Of a DNA stretch of 64,000 nt, positions 20,602 to 34,200 are shown one piece after another (positions within the stretch are counted from its first letter, which is position 1; the number at the start of each line of letters is the position of its first letter). A program made the translations under genes and the position numbers. The notes under the pieces were generated by a model, which worked only from the letters and a program-made list of their open reading frames with translations, searched no databases and had not been told where the DNA came from. This DNA comes from Amphiscolops sp. MND2022 (lineage: Eukaryota). Location of the stretch: positions 47,494,001-47,558,000 of the forward strand of contig OZ076409.1 in the NCBI GenBank assembly GCA_964187785.1, given 5' to 3'.

Positions 20602-22853
20602 AAAGGTTATATTAGCGGTTTTTCTAAAGTTGGATATGGAAACAAAAAATTGGAACTATGCAGTATTCGAACCCTAGTATTAACTTATAGAAATATTTCT
20701 TCGAAGTCCACTAGTGATAGCTGGAGAAAAAACTTGCAACCAGAGCCTTGCACTTTGTTCCGAAAACGCCGACCTACAACGTGTAGTTGGTCAACGAACA
20801 CGCCTGATTTTGATATTCATCATGAAAATTGTAACTTTGAACGAACCAAATAAAAAAATCCTGACCCAACTCACAAATGCTCAAACTATAAGTTTGAGGC
20901 CTCATGATATCACCATTAACAAGTCAATAAGTTGGTGGTATTTCAACTTTCTGAAGAGATTTCCTCAGCGCAATCTAGACAACCACCTGTAAAGTGGACG
21001 CATATTAGATGCTCCAGAAAACAACAAAGTTGTAAGAACAGGCTAGAGAAAAACGAGTCACTGACAAAATGGCCTGTTCCTCAAAAAAAGCCGTCTAAAA
21101 GGGCGTAACAGTGATCAAAGTTTCGGGGTTTAGTTGTTGCTAGATAGTCGTTACACCTTGAAAACTTTTCAATCGACAATATGTCGATATTATACTAAAG
21201 CGACAATCTGGAGTTGTCAGCTCGAACGCAGTCGAAAAAAGTTTATAAAATTTACATGATGATCTGAAAAATCTTGATATATGATATAGAGAACAAAAAT
21301 ACTTCCGTGATGGCACTCCATCGCAAACCACCAATGGGTACCGGTGAAGCAATTTTTGACCATCAATCGAGGACAAGGTTAACTTAATTACCCAGCATTA
21401 CCCAGGAAATCCGCTGAGCAATCAATTCTGCCGTAAACAATTTGTGTGCTGATAGCGGACAAGTAAAGTCCTGGACTGTCAAGAAGATTTCAAGTTACCA
21501 CAGCAAAAGTTGTAAATGCTTCTTTGTGGGTCCAACGAGAGAATTTCGATGGATCGTCGTTGGCCACCAGTGGACTGTGATTGATTGCGAACTCGGGAAT
21601 AACCCTTACACCTAGTCGCTACATCAGATCGAGACAAAAAATTTCTGGAGTCCATGTTTCGTTGGTCATTGTCCATACGCCTTGTGAGACATCGCCGTTG
21701 AGAAGTCCACAAAAGACAGGATATGTTAGAGATGTTAATCATGGTACGCGCGAACACGACAGATTAAAAAAAACGAATCAAATTCCATTTTTTCGAATGA
21801 ATTTCGAATTCCACACATTTTTTAGATTTCTTTGCCTGGCGCCGTATCTGTGCCCAGAATACGAAATCTCTGTTACCTATGGGTATCAATCCGGTTGGTA
21901 ATATTGAACTGCATTTTGGTTTGTTCAGAATTTATTTTTGGGTGGTTTGTAAGTTACCGTGATACTGGAATTGCATGAGAAGTTTCATCGTATTCCTTGT
22001 GTCCTTTTTATTTTCTAGCGGTAAATTTGGTTGTTCAAAGCTACTTCGTGAGTAAGGCAGATTAAAAAGTCCAAAATTATACCGAATTCTGCCAACTTTT
22101 ATTGATTTATCGATGCAACTGCTTCAAAATTTCTTTAAAAGGGCAAACAAATCAAAAAATCAATATTTCTCATTGTGATGTGTATATACATCGTTCGATA
22201 TACTTCGTTCATTTTATTGACAAAAACACAAATGGTTTCGGAAAAATAATTTCAGGAGACATGAAACTGTGAGAAGTGTGACTAGCATATTTGTTTAAAC
22301 CATTTGTATAAATATTTTCATCCATCTATCATTGAACATTTTTGCCTTTTTTAGCTGACGTTGGAATGAACATATAAGATTTCTGTTTTTAATTTTTATA
22401 AATACGCAACTATATACCATCTTCCACCTATTGCATTGTAGTTCCATTCTTGTACTGGTTGAATAGAAAAATCATCTCCATTCATAAATGAAGTATGAAG
22501 ACAAAACAGATGGGTATCTGTAATGTAGTTTAGTGACCAAACGCTAAACAGGACGTTGCTTGTAATATTACAGAATTTGAATATATCGGTAACCGAGAAT
22601 TTTTACTTTGCGAATTTTCTGTTCGAAATTACCGAGATATTCAGATTCTGTCAAAATTTTCAAGACCCAAATTTTTGTCAAAATATCTAAAGTGTTAAGG
22701 GGTTTGATGGGTTTAATAAAATATTGGATATTTCAGCCGCTGTTTTTGATATGCGGTGCTTTCTTTTTGAAAGACTGAAAGCCAATCAGGAACGTGTATC
22801 GGGAATTTGCGCTTTCTCTCATGTATAAATCACCTTAACTACTGAAAACATGC

Positions 22854-23252
22854 TTTTAGTAGGCGCTTTTTGAAAAAAGCAGACTATTTCAGTGATTAGT
22901 TTTTTCTTTGGCCTTACATCGTATTGTCCATTTTTTTTTCAATTTGTTCAACTTTGTTAGTTCTTTCATATCGTCGTAGAACAAGTCTAAAATGCATCTA
23001 GGACCATGTTTCTAAAGAAGGCTAGACAAAGGCAAAAGGTACCCCTGTTTCTTCCGATTTTGTTTGTTGTTCTCAGTTTACGAAACCCCTTTATGAAGGT
23101 CCAAATCGGCGCCCCGCTTAAGGCTCAAGAAGCGCAAAAAATCATATTTAAAAGACTTTCGTGATACTATAGCAGCACGGAAGCTTTTTTACAAATGATT
23201 GTGCTTCTTGAGCCTTAAGCGGGACGCCGACGTGGGCTGTTCCCGGCTTGTT
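22854..23252 (+). mobile_element. HINE family 1 copy ending in a palindrome of two 3' ends
   Basis: 5' TTTTAGTAGGCGCTTTTTGAAAAAAGCAGACTA; 3' GGGACGCCGACGTGGGCTGTTCCCGGCTTGTT; inverted copy of the 3' end at 23106-23165. Confidence 0.6.
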
Positions 23253-24269
23253 TGAGAAAGACGCCACTACTATAGTAACTATAGTTTTTTTCCAGCCTGT
23301 TCTTTGTTCAATTTATTCAATTTCTTATCATCTTGGAGCAAGTCGAAAAATGCATATAATATGCGTTCACGTAGTTTTAAATAACGCATTTTAAAAATTA
23401 ATAGAGACCCTTTCTTTGAGTTTTTTTGCAGCTGAAAAAAATCGCCGGTGCCTTAAGTGTGGCGCCGACTTGGGTCGTACCCGATTGGTTCCTTGAAACA
23501 CAGTTTAAGTGACTGGTACTTTACCGCGTGTGTACTCAGCAAATTCATGTCAAAATACCCTGCTTGAAAACACCCATCTTGATACTACGATTTGTACCAC
23601 AGTGACAAGTCTGTGGCTGTGGCTTAATTTCACCTAGGCTGTGAGAATAGATCAATAAATGTTTCCATCATTGCTCATTGAATTATTCATGCAACGTTCA
23701 TTGCAGGTCGCTCTGCGGAATCGAAACGAGATACAGGTTCTATTCTTTCTCCGCATTTAGTTAAAGATGCTGTCTGTTGCCGGTTGTATAAAGAACAGTC
23801 CAATCGTAGCCGACTCAAATTGGCAATAATTTTCTGATTTAACTGAATATTTTTCCAGAAATGGACTGTCAAAGCCTCTAGAGCTCTAGAGTGGAGACAA
23901 AACTTTTGATTGCGGCTGTTATGGTAGTCAAAATATGAACAAGAAATAGTGGCACTGTAATTTTTTGTATTCTTGTTCGTTCTACTCTTTTTGTTAAAAA
24001 AAACTGCTCAAATTTCTATTTAGAATAAGGCCAACTGTTTTGTTGTTCAACTGCGGATTCTCTTACCCACTAATCCAAAAATTGTGTACAATTTGCATAA
24101 AACAGCTACGTTATCAAACAACAATCGGCTTCAGGCTCAAAAAGCTCAAAGTTTTCAAAATATGCTCAGGACGTTTTTGAGGTAAATCTGACTCAGGCAA
24201 ATCTGTTTGTCGGACAAACATGAAAGTGTCGAAACATAACAAAAGGGAGCCTTTTATGCTCGGAAAACG

Positions 24270-26620
24270 CTATTTTCTGTGGATACCAAAACCTAACCAA
24301 TCAGTTTTTGATAATTTTGCACGAAAAGTCACTGGAAATGTCAAAATTTACAAAACTTTCATTTTTCGACAACTTTGCGGTCACTGGAGGAACTTTTCTA
24401 AGAAACTGCAGAAGTCTCTTCAAAAACGCTTATTGGATAAGAGATTCAGTCGTTGTTGAATTACGAATTTGCTCGAAAGGTTGGCATGTTGTTCTGACGA
24501 ACGTACAAAGTGTAAATTTCTTAAACATTCTGCATGTATATTTAAAATCTGGTAGAAACTGAACTTTTGTTAGAAATTTACTGAATTTTGGGGGTCATTT
24601 TGAGGCTCTTTTCTAACGTGAAACTGCAATCGACCTTCGGAAAGCCTACTGGATGACGCATTTGGTAGCTTTTGAACGTTTCCGTTCTTCCAATAAAAAT
24701 TTCTCAAAAAGAATCAGAAACTTTGCATAAGAAACGTGTTGAATTTGAATGTTTTCTTTTCCACTCATCAGAGTCAATTTTTAAATGTTTTTGAAGCAAA
24801 ACACTGCTACTCGTTGTTCGAAATAGCTGATTGCATAGCTAGTTCGTTTGTTTTGGAGTGTTGTGAACATTCTTAGCTATAAAATTTCCCACAAATTGCA
24901 GGAAAAACTACGAACTGGAAAGATTTGTGGTTTCGATATCTTGGGGTGAAATTAAGGACCACTTCTAATGATAACTTGCATTTACTTTTTCGAAAAGCCT
25001 GCTGGACATTATCTTCAAAAGTTGATGGAACGGTTCAAGGTTCTAATCACGAAGTGTTTACAAATTTTGTAAAAATTTCGTTAAAAAGTCAAAAGAAGGA
25101 AAAAAATTCTGGGCCTTTTTGAAGCTCTTATCGAACATGAAACTGCAATCGATTTTCAAAAAATCCGCTCTGTTTTGCGATTGTTCGCTTTTGACTGTGT
25201 CGATTGTTGTAACATACGAAATTTCCAACAAAACTCGTTTTTCGGGAAAGTTTGAATTTTCGACTCCTGTGTGTCAATCTGAGATATTGTTCCACCCAGA
25301 AAACAAAGTGTTCCTCCAGAATGCGTGCTGCATAGCGTCATATTTGGTGTGGAGCTTTAGGACCGTCCAACTCAGGAAAATTTCACAAACAATCACTAAA
25401 ATTGTCAAAAATAGGAGAATATTGGTACTTTAGAATCTTTCGGGTCATATTGAAACATTTTCCAAACACAAATCAACAAATACCTCCTACAAATGCCAAC
25501 TGAGTATCAACTGCAATCATTGTTGAACCATTCTAATTTTCTAACCTTGAAAACAATTCGAAATTGTCACAGACTTTGCACAAAAACGATTCAAACTTTC
25601 AATTTTTCTAGTTTCCGACTCACTAGGGTCGATTTGAAGTGTTTCGAACATTCCAACAAAAATTGTTCTCAAATAACATGACAAGCTACATAAACTAGAA
25701 AAGTTTGGACTTTTCGATAGTCTTGGTGTCAAATTAAAGCATATTTTTTAAAATCAAAAACTGCATTTATCCCTTTAAAGAGCCTGCTGGATGACAAATT
25801 CAGTTATTGTTGAACAGTTTTTAATCTATGAAAACGTTGAAAAGTTTACGAAAATTGCGTTAGAAAATAAAAAAATGTAAAAAATATCAATTTTTGACAA
25901 TTTTTGGTCGTTATGGCAATTTTTTCTTACAAAACTGCATTTTATTCCCAGGTCAATCTTATTTGACAACGTCTTTATTCGTTGTTGAACATGTTTAACC
26001 TTCTGATCCACGAAATCTTTTGAAAATTCCACAAAAGTTGCATAGAAACTTCCAATTTGTGAATTTTTTGAAAATTCCACAAAAGTTGCATAGAAACTTC
26101 CAATTTGTAAATTTTGGAAATTTTGTCATTTCCGGTCGCTTATTTCTTCACACAAGCCTCCCGCACAACGAATTTTTTCCTTGTTGAACGTTTTTAACCT
26201 TCTAATCTACCAAGTTTTTCAAAAATTAGACAAAAATTGCATAAAAACGTTAAATTTCTGAACTTTATGGATGTTTTTCCAACTTCGGTCTGAATTTGAT
26301 GCTTTTTTCAAACAAAAACTGCATTTATTTCTTCAAAGAAACTTTTTGGACATCGAAATCATTCCTTGTTGAAAGTTTGAGAAACTTTCCAGTAAAACAT
26401 TTAAAATCTGAAATTTTTGGAATTTTTCCATTTTCAGTCTAAAATTGAGGCATTTTTTCACAATAAAATTGCTTTTTTTTCAAAAAAGCCTCTCGGACAA
26501 CGAATTCTTTTCCTTTTTGAACGTTTACAACATTCTGAGCCACCAAATCTACCGAAAAGTTGAAAAAAAAATTGCTTAAAAACGTTAATAATTGGAAATA
26601 TTTGCCGTTTTTGTCATTTT
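24270..26620. repeat. Degenerate tandem (satellite-like) array, period about 170 bp
   Basis: Recurring AAACTGCA(A/T)T..AAAGCCT..TGGA..GTTGAAC motif near 24620, 24975, 25140, 25760, 25932, 26316 and 26466; exact duplication with a 48-bp period at 26021/26069. Confidence 0.6.
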
Positions 26621-28479
26621 TGGGGTCTAATTTTGGATATAAATTTGGTAGGCAATCTTTGTAAAAAAACGTTTGATTTAAATATTTTCCTTTTCCATAT
26701 AAAATATGGACGGAAAATGATGAAGTGACCACAAAACACTAGAGCATGATGCCTAGGGATTTCTGTAGGAAAATTTAATATCAGAACACGTTATACACGG
26801 CACCTCCAGGCTTGTAACGAGCAGTTTTAAAAGACGACAAAGCCTAACTGTGATTCAAGACATCTTGTAGGTTGTTTTCGCGGACATTATTTAGTTACGA
26901 GTGCCATTTTTGTCGGATTTTATCTCGAAGTTGTGCTCAAATAAGTGGAGACAGTTTGTTCAGGTTTCCTAGAAAGTTTTCGAAGACATTTTTCGTGGTA
27001 CCTGGTGGCAGCAGCAATACATCATTCTTTTAGAAACGTGAAAAGTCTCTTTGTCTCCTAGTTGAAATGTAGGAGCTGACGCCTCAGATGAGCGATTGAA
27101 AATTGAAAACCTCCCATCTTGAGAAACTTCCCTGTTGAACTGTTTCATGTCTCGCGGCACTGAGAAAACAAACAAAACAACCCAGAACTTTCTCCACAGT
27201 ACTGAAAAATCGAAAAATTGTCAAGAATTTCTGCGGAAAAGTTTTCTGAAAACTGTTTTTGGTCTGGCTATTCCAGAAAAGGTCAAATGAGGTAGCAATC
27301 AGTGTTTTGTTTCTTGAAAGAACCCGCAAGCTGCTTCAATTCGCTCTTTCAAAAAAATGCTATTATAGTTTAAATTGAAGAAGTGAAAAAATATTAAACA
27401 ATACCGCTATATGAAATGAGTACATTATATTCGAATCAGACACCCTTCCTTCATGTTATATCGGATATTGTTTTTAGAAAAGATTTTTACGAGGTTCAAA
27501 CCGAAAATCTTCTTTTCCGGCAGCCAGAATACATTTCAATTTCTCTATTAGAATTTCATGACACATGAGTCAAATGCTTTGGAGAGATCAATGAAAAATT
27601 TATTCACCAAAATGTATTTCTGGCGATTTTTCGTTTATAGACGATTTACCTAAATAGTCTCCTAACTTTGAAAATCGATAGTTCAATAGGTTTGCAATTT
27701 GTTTCTGATCCTCGATAATATCACCGAAGGAGTTCATGCATATAAGAATAAAAGTTTTCAACATGGCACATGTAAAAGTATTTCATCGAGAAACGTCGGA
27801 CAAAACAAGATCAGAAATTTTCGAAATTCAATTTAATAAGACAAAAACATCAAAATTGGTTGATACCATTTTTCTTCAAAGAAAAAAAAGCTTTGTTATC
27901 GAATTAAAGCTTTATAACGCTAAACCAAACAAGCAATTAAAGACCCAATTTGAGACCCTCGTAAAGTTCAACAAGCATTTTTTGCAGACCATCAGGTACA
28001 ATAAGCTCAGATGCGGTTCTTGGGAAATTTCGAAAACAACTGATAATGCTGAAAAAGCTCAGAAGGGGGGCCCATAGGCTCGAGAAACACGTTTGACATT
28101 CGATACATCTCAAAAATCAGGGGGTTCTTTGGTAAAATAGAATGATTTTTTAATGTCACAGTGTCGAATGTATTTGTACCAAGGTATCTGACTCAATGTC
28201 GAAAAAAATCTATCTGAATTTGGGCATTACTTCAGAGGATTCAAGTTTTTTTTTCGTTTTGGTACGATAAAAATTTCCAATATTATACTCAACATTTCAC
28301 CATCTCCTGCGTAGTACGATATAAAATACAGAAAATGCACTATTACCACAATAAATACAATATTGTGATGAAGAAATGGAACAAAGCGCTGTGAAAAAGA
28401 AATGGGATTGAATTTAAAACATTCAATTGAATAACTTCATGAAAAGATTGAAACAATATTATCAAATTAGGTAAAACAC

Positions 28480-29700
28480 TTAAGCTTCTAATATCGGTTG
28501 AAACCTCCCCAGTTATTTTCAGTAAGAATCAACCGACTTTTTATCGACGTGAAAAGTTTTTGTACATATTCGTCAGGAATTGAGTAAAATTCTTCAAGAG
28601 CAAAGTTTCCAAGTCCTCCAAATTTTTGAAGTGTCTTTTCTTAACTCTGTTTTTTTGAACTCTGCCTTTTTCGCAACTCAGACCAAATATTTTCGATAAT
28701 ATTGAGATCTGGCATGTTAGGGGGCCAGTTTTCAAGAACGTCAACACCGTTTTCGAGAAACCATGTGCAAGTTTCAGCTGGTTTATAAACTGGAGCATTG
28801 TCTTGCTGCACAATTTCACCCAGATACACATGAGGAAGCCAATGAGAGGCCGAAATGTTGGTGTAAACACTTGAATTGACACGATTCTCCACTTCTATCA
28901 ATTTTCTTTCACCTAATTCTTCGATAAAACCGCAAAACATTCATCTTTTTTTCCTCCGAGTTTAGCATGTTGGCCAACATATTTTTGCCGACATCTACTC
29001 TGTTTGGGTAGACAGACAAATTCCTCCGCTTTAGGGTGAATAGGGGTGTGCGATTAATTGATATTTCATTGAATACCAATGAATATAATAATTCATTGGT
29101 TTTATCAACGCTGTAAAATTTCAGTCAATGACTCAATCTCAATTCTCATTGGCTGTTTTTAGGAAGCTATGTAATCTTTCCAGCATCGTTTCAGTCGCAA
29201 ATATCTAAGAATATCCGAATTTTTAACCAATCCAACTTCAGTATAGTTCAATTTATTCTATGGAGTGGCGGAGGTAACATTATTCACCATGGGAGGCAAA
29301 GTATTTCTCTAGCAAAGTTCAGAATGCTAATTTTTCTCAAAGAAAATCTTTTGAAACAACGAATTTTTAACATTTTCTGAGTTCATTGATTTCCACCAAC
29401 TTTTCAATTATTGAGCTGTCATTGAGTGATCATTGACCGAGTTTAATTTTTTCCTCAACTGCACACCCCTATTTGGGAACAACTCGATCCTTTTTTCGTC
29501 CAAAAACAGCTGACTTTTCCAAAAATGATCAGATTTTTGTAACATATCTTTCGCCCAAATAAAACGTTTAAGTCGATTTGCTCTGTAAAGAAGAGGTTTT
29601 GAAGCGCAAATCGTTGGTTCACTAGGTTTGAAGCAATTTGTTAACTAAATACTATCAGCGTCGATTAAACCCGCGCGAGAGAACGCCAGGTAAATGAAAC
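28480..29700 (-). mobile_element. Tc1-family transposase remnant, interrupted by a MITE; boundaries approximate
   Basis: Minus-strand fragments KPLLYRANRLKRFIWAKDM, FWKSQLFLDEKRIELFP, and QQDNAPVY..ENWPPNMPDLNIIENIWSEL; frameshifted. Confidence 0.85.
29041..29471. mobile_element. hAT-type MITE inserted in the Tc1 remnant; intact only here, 5'-truncated in array units 2-4
   Basis: TIRs TAGGGGTGTGC / GCACACCCCTA; TCATTG/CAATGA subterminal motifs; TSD degraded. Confidence 0.75.
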
Positions 29701-29820
29701 CCTCGATACCTTGTTTATTTAGGCAACAATAAAGAAAAATTGTAGTCCTTATTTTTTATCACAGCACTGTACGTCATATCCAAATTATATTACGCTATAC
29801 ACGTTACATGCGATAATAAT

Positions 29821-30324
29821 CAGAGGTGTAAAAATTTATATTGTATTGCAATATATTGCAATTAAATACAGTTAATATATTTATTTAGTTGGAGCAAAAA
29901 TACAATATATTTATTGAAATAAGGCAAATATTGTCAGAATTCTACAATATATTGCGCAAAAAAATTATTGCAAAATAGCAAAGAAATTTCATTTATTATG
30001 CATTTTAAACGGACTAGAAGTGAAAGACTATTAAGGGAGATTTTGTGGACGAAGCTTTGAAAGAACTGGAAGCAACACTTCCTGCCAACAACTTTGACTA
30101 TTAATTTCGAGAGTGTAGTAATAATTTCTTTATACAAATAAACAACATTGGGATGTTTGCCTTGTAAATTAATGTTTCTCTGCCCAATAAAATATTTCAC
30201 AATGTATTGTTTTACTAAAATATTGCAGGACAATAAATACAATATATGTATTGCTGCAATTGAATCAAACAATATATTTATTTTTTTGAAAAAATATATT
30301 CAAATACAATATTTCACACCCCTG
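29821..30324. mobile_element. hAT-type MITE (array unit 1; copies at 37282-37785, 44583-45088, 51886-52391)
   Basis: TIRs CAGAGGTGTAAAAAT / ATTTCACACCCCTG; 8-bp TSD ATAATAAT (29813-29820, 30325-30332); many CAATA/TATTG subterminal motifs. Confidence 0.85.
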
Positions 30325-31259
30325 ATAATAATGCGAATATCGTTAATTTCTGAGGGAAGAGAATGGTCCTGAGCGGCATTGGAACTCATAGACTGCTACT
30401 TAAGAAGCACGAATCCCAATAATTAGACTAAGTGATAGCCAATCGGCATGAACAAACTCTGTCCAAAGAGTGGAATATTCAGTGTGAGTTTTGTGACCAT
30501 TACAAAAACTCACCATTCTAACTGTCCAAACCAAGTCGGGCTTGCTTCATGACAATTGACACGTGGTGTACTCCGAATCAAACAACGACCCCAAAGAAAC
30601 CTAAACTCTGTAGGTTTTGTCTCAGAAGCGGACTTGGGGTTTGATTCGAGAAGCAAGTTTATCAAATGGTTGACTCCATTTCCATATGGAATTTTTCGTC
30701 ACGGCCACCTAATTAGTATGTAGTTTTCTCTTCTGAAACTTTTTCATAGAGTATCATCTAATGATATGAAGCTCTGAAAAATGCTAAAAATTCTAACTTA
30801 TGATAAGTGTTAACCGAAATGGTGTTTTTTTTCAAAAACCCGTGAATGAGCAGGACAGAAATTTATCGCGCCTTTGTTTGCTTGAGTGTCAAGGAAATCT
30901 TTTTGTCTGCACGGACTGAAATTTTACATATATTGCATTGCAATGTTTTTTTTTCGCGGCAAACCATCATCTGCTTTTGGTAATCATTTATTTTTATTAC
31001 TTTGCCAAACTGTTGGAATTTATAATCTCAGAAAAAGTTTCTATAGCCCGCCTTTAGTTCCTACAAAGTTTTGTCATTTTAGTCAGCAATCGACCCAATG
31101 ACCTTTACATTAGACGGTACCGTAACAGTTTTTAAATTTGATTCCAAAGAAAAAATTCCCGACCTAACATGATTACGAGCAAAAGTACTAAATATTGGTT
31201 TCGACAGAACTGCAAAATGATTCGGTTCCAGTTGTAACAAGTTGCTTTAATTTCCTCAC

Positions 31260-34200
31260 TGTGACATGCTGCCATCATGGCCTCCACCGTAGATTCAGGT
31301 CATACCGTAACATACTGACTTAGACAAAGAGACTTGGTTTTGTTTACCAATAAAACTCTAATTACTGTCATTTTATGTTATTGTATTGCTACCATCATTA
31401 TGTTTTGATACGAAGCTTAGAAATAGATACATTGATTAATACTGAGTTAAAGTCCTAACACAAAGAACTGTTTTAACCGTGAGATGCTAGTTTACAATAT
31501 GGCGCAGTAGCAAGATTTTATTTTTACCGTGTAAAACCCATCTTATCCGACAAAAGAAAACAATGACAGCAACCACGAACATACTACTACCCTACCTTAA
31601 AGACACTGTACTTGACGGTAAAAATTATACACCCCCAAAAGAATGGACCGAACGAATGAGACATTACATCAAACGAATCCACGACATCGATATAAAACAG
31701 GCTTTATCCGGCCAGACAATACCAACGAACAATGGATGGACGGAAAAAGGACCCATAATAAGACATGATTTTACTTGAGGAGCTGGACCCTCCGCGATAG
31801 AGATTATTACAAAAGGAGATTATTACCGATCCAGACACAATCAACACCGTAAAACTCATAGAACTATTCAAAGACTATTATATGCCTAAACGCAATACCT
31901 ACCATAGCCGTGGAGACTTCTTCTGGGCAAAGAAAGAAGACAATGAACCACCAGAAGACCACTGTCGAAAACTTGTATCGTTGGAAAGAAACTGTGAATT
32001 CAAAGACATCAAACAAGAAGACCTATTGATATCAAAATTTATCACCAGCATAACCGGCAAAAAACTACGGGAAAAACTTATTCGAGAAAAGACTCTGAAC
32101 CTGAAAACCACCATGGATCTGGAAACCCAAGACAGCTATGAAAGAAAGCATAAACAATCAACAATACCACCAGCACTCGCGAAAGAAAAAGAAATAAAGA
32201 AGAACCGATATAAAAGATACAGCCGCAAAAAAACAAAATTACCGAAACAACAACAAAGAAAATGAACTGTGGATTCTGCGGGCAACAAAATTGGTCGCCA
32301 CAACACAAATGCCCCGCAAAGACGGTGGAATGTAACAATTGCCACAAAATAGGACACTTCGCGAGAGTGTGCCGTAGCAAAACGGACAATACAAGAAAGC
32401 AAAGAGTCAATTACCTCGAAGCAACACACAGCGAAGAGGAAGAAAGTGAACCGGAAGAAATCCAACAAATAACCCAAATCAACGGCATAATACCGGAGAA
32501 AAATGACAATTACGGCATCAGACTGAAAAACAATGGAAAATACCAAAATTTCACAATCGACATCGGACCTCCGGTCACAATCATGCCAAACAACCCGAAT
32601 CTATACAACCAAAAAGATATGCCCCCACTGAAAGAAAAATACCAGGACGTGAACACGAACGAAATCAAATTCCTGGGGAAAATTTCGGCAAACATCGAAT
32701 ACAACGGCGAAACCACAAAACTACCGATACTCATTACACAGAGAAATGACATTACACCACTACTGGGTGTAAATTGGCTAAAACAATTATCAAATACCAT
32801 AAACAAATTTTCATTGGTTGATCACACCAACCAATTAAACAACATCCACACAAAATTCCTGAAATTATTCGAAACGGACATTACAATCAAGAACGCAGAA
32901 GTGAAAATTCAGATAAAATCTGGATGCTACCCAATCCAACAGAAAGCCAGACCAATACCTTACCACCTACAGAAAGACGTAAAAAATGAACTGGACCGAT
33001 TAATAAAGTCCGGACATCTCAAAAGACTGGAAACAATCGAAGAACATTGTTTCGTATCACCCGTAGTAATTACGGTAAAGAAGATAAAACGGTAAAAATC
33101 GCATTAGACGCCCGTAAACTAAACGACAGCTGCGTGAAAAAAGACCGCATATGCCAAACATGGAAGAACTACCAAACCAAATATCCGCCGAACTATCAAG
33201 AAACGACAACGATCCACTTTGGATTTCCGTGATAGATCTCGATTATGTCTACGGACAAAGGACACTAGCACAAGAAACCAGCAACACTGCAACTTTGCAG
33301 TAACCGGCGAAAATATGAACGGCTACTACCGACTCCTAAAGAGAATCTACTTTCCAGCAGACATACCAACAATGTTCCAAGAGAAAATTGATAGAACCCT
33401 GAGACACCAAAACCGGTTTGGTCGGACGATATCATCATCGTCACCCGTGGAACAAAAGAAGAAGACATCCGAAAACTATATTCGGTACTCTCCAAACTAG
33501 AAAACGAAGGATACAGAGCAAGCAAAAAAAATCAAAATTTTACCAAAAAGCAACATTATGGCTCGAACACACAATATCACAAAACGGCATCAGACCAAAC
33601 AAGAAAAAAACAGACGCAATCAACAAATTGCAACCCCCCACAAACACCAAAACATTAAAAACCTTTCTCGGTGCCATACAATATTTCGCAAAGTTCTTAC
33701 CCAACCTTTCCGAAAAAACAGACAACATGAGACGAATACTCAAGAAGGGAACAAAATGGGATTGGACGTCGGACCGAAATACGGGTTTTAACAAAATAAA
33801 ACAAGAACTAACAAAACTACTCTGCCTAGCACACTACAACGGAAACAAAGAAAACATCGTTACCACCGACACTAGTAAAACCGGATTGGGAATAGCACTA
33901 TGGCAAAAACAAGGAAACAACGAACTAAAACCCTTTGCATTCGCCAGTCGCTACTTGAACGATGCCGGAATAAATTTTCTATCGGTGAATTAGACTTATT
34001 AGCCGTGGTTTGGGGTCTGGAAAGGTTTAGATTCCACCTGTACAGGAAACAAATACAACTATTTTCCGACCACCAAGCACTGGAAGCACTTTTGAAACGA
34101 AGCAAAGCAAATAAACAAAACAGTGCACGACTAACCAGGTGGCTGGATTGACTAAACCACTTCGACATCAGCCTAAAACATACCGCCGGTAAAGAAATCA

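Noticed and set aside
20650..21901. Cluster of short ORFs with somewhat coding-like composition
   Set aside because: No recognisable motif or consistent splice model; a translated search would be needed.
29934..30272. 112-125-aa minus-strand ORF repeated in all four units
   Set aside because: Lies inside an AT-rich hAT MITE, begins at a non-ATG codon and has no recognisable motif; its recurrence only reflects the duplication.
30363..30440. tRNA-like sequence on the minus strand (repeated in each unit), and a similar A-box fragment at 1-27
   Set aside because: A- and B-boxes are degenerate and no acceptor stem forms; at best a SINE or pseudogene relic.
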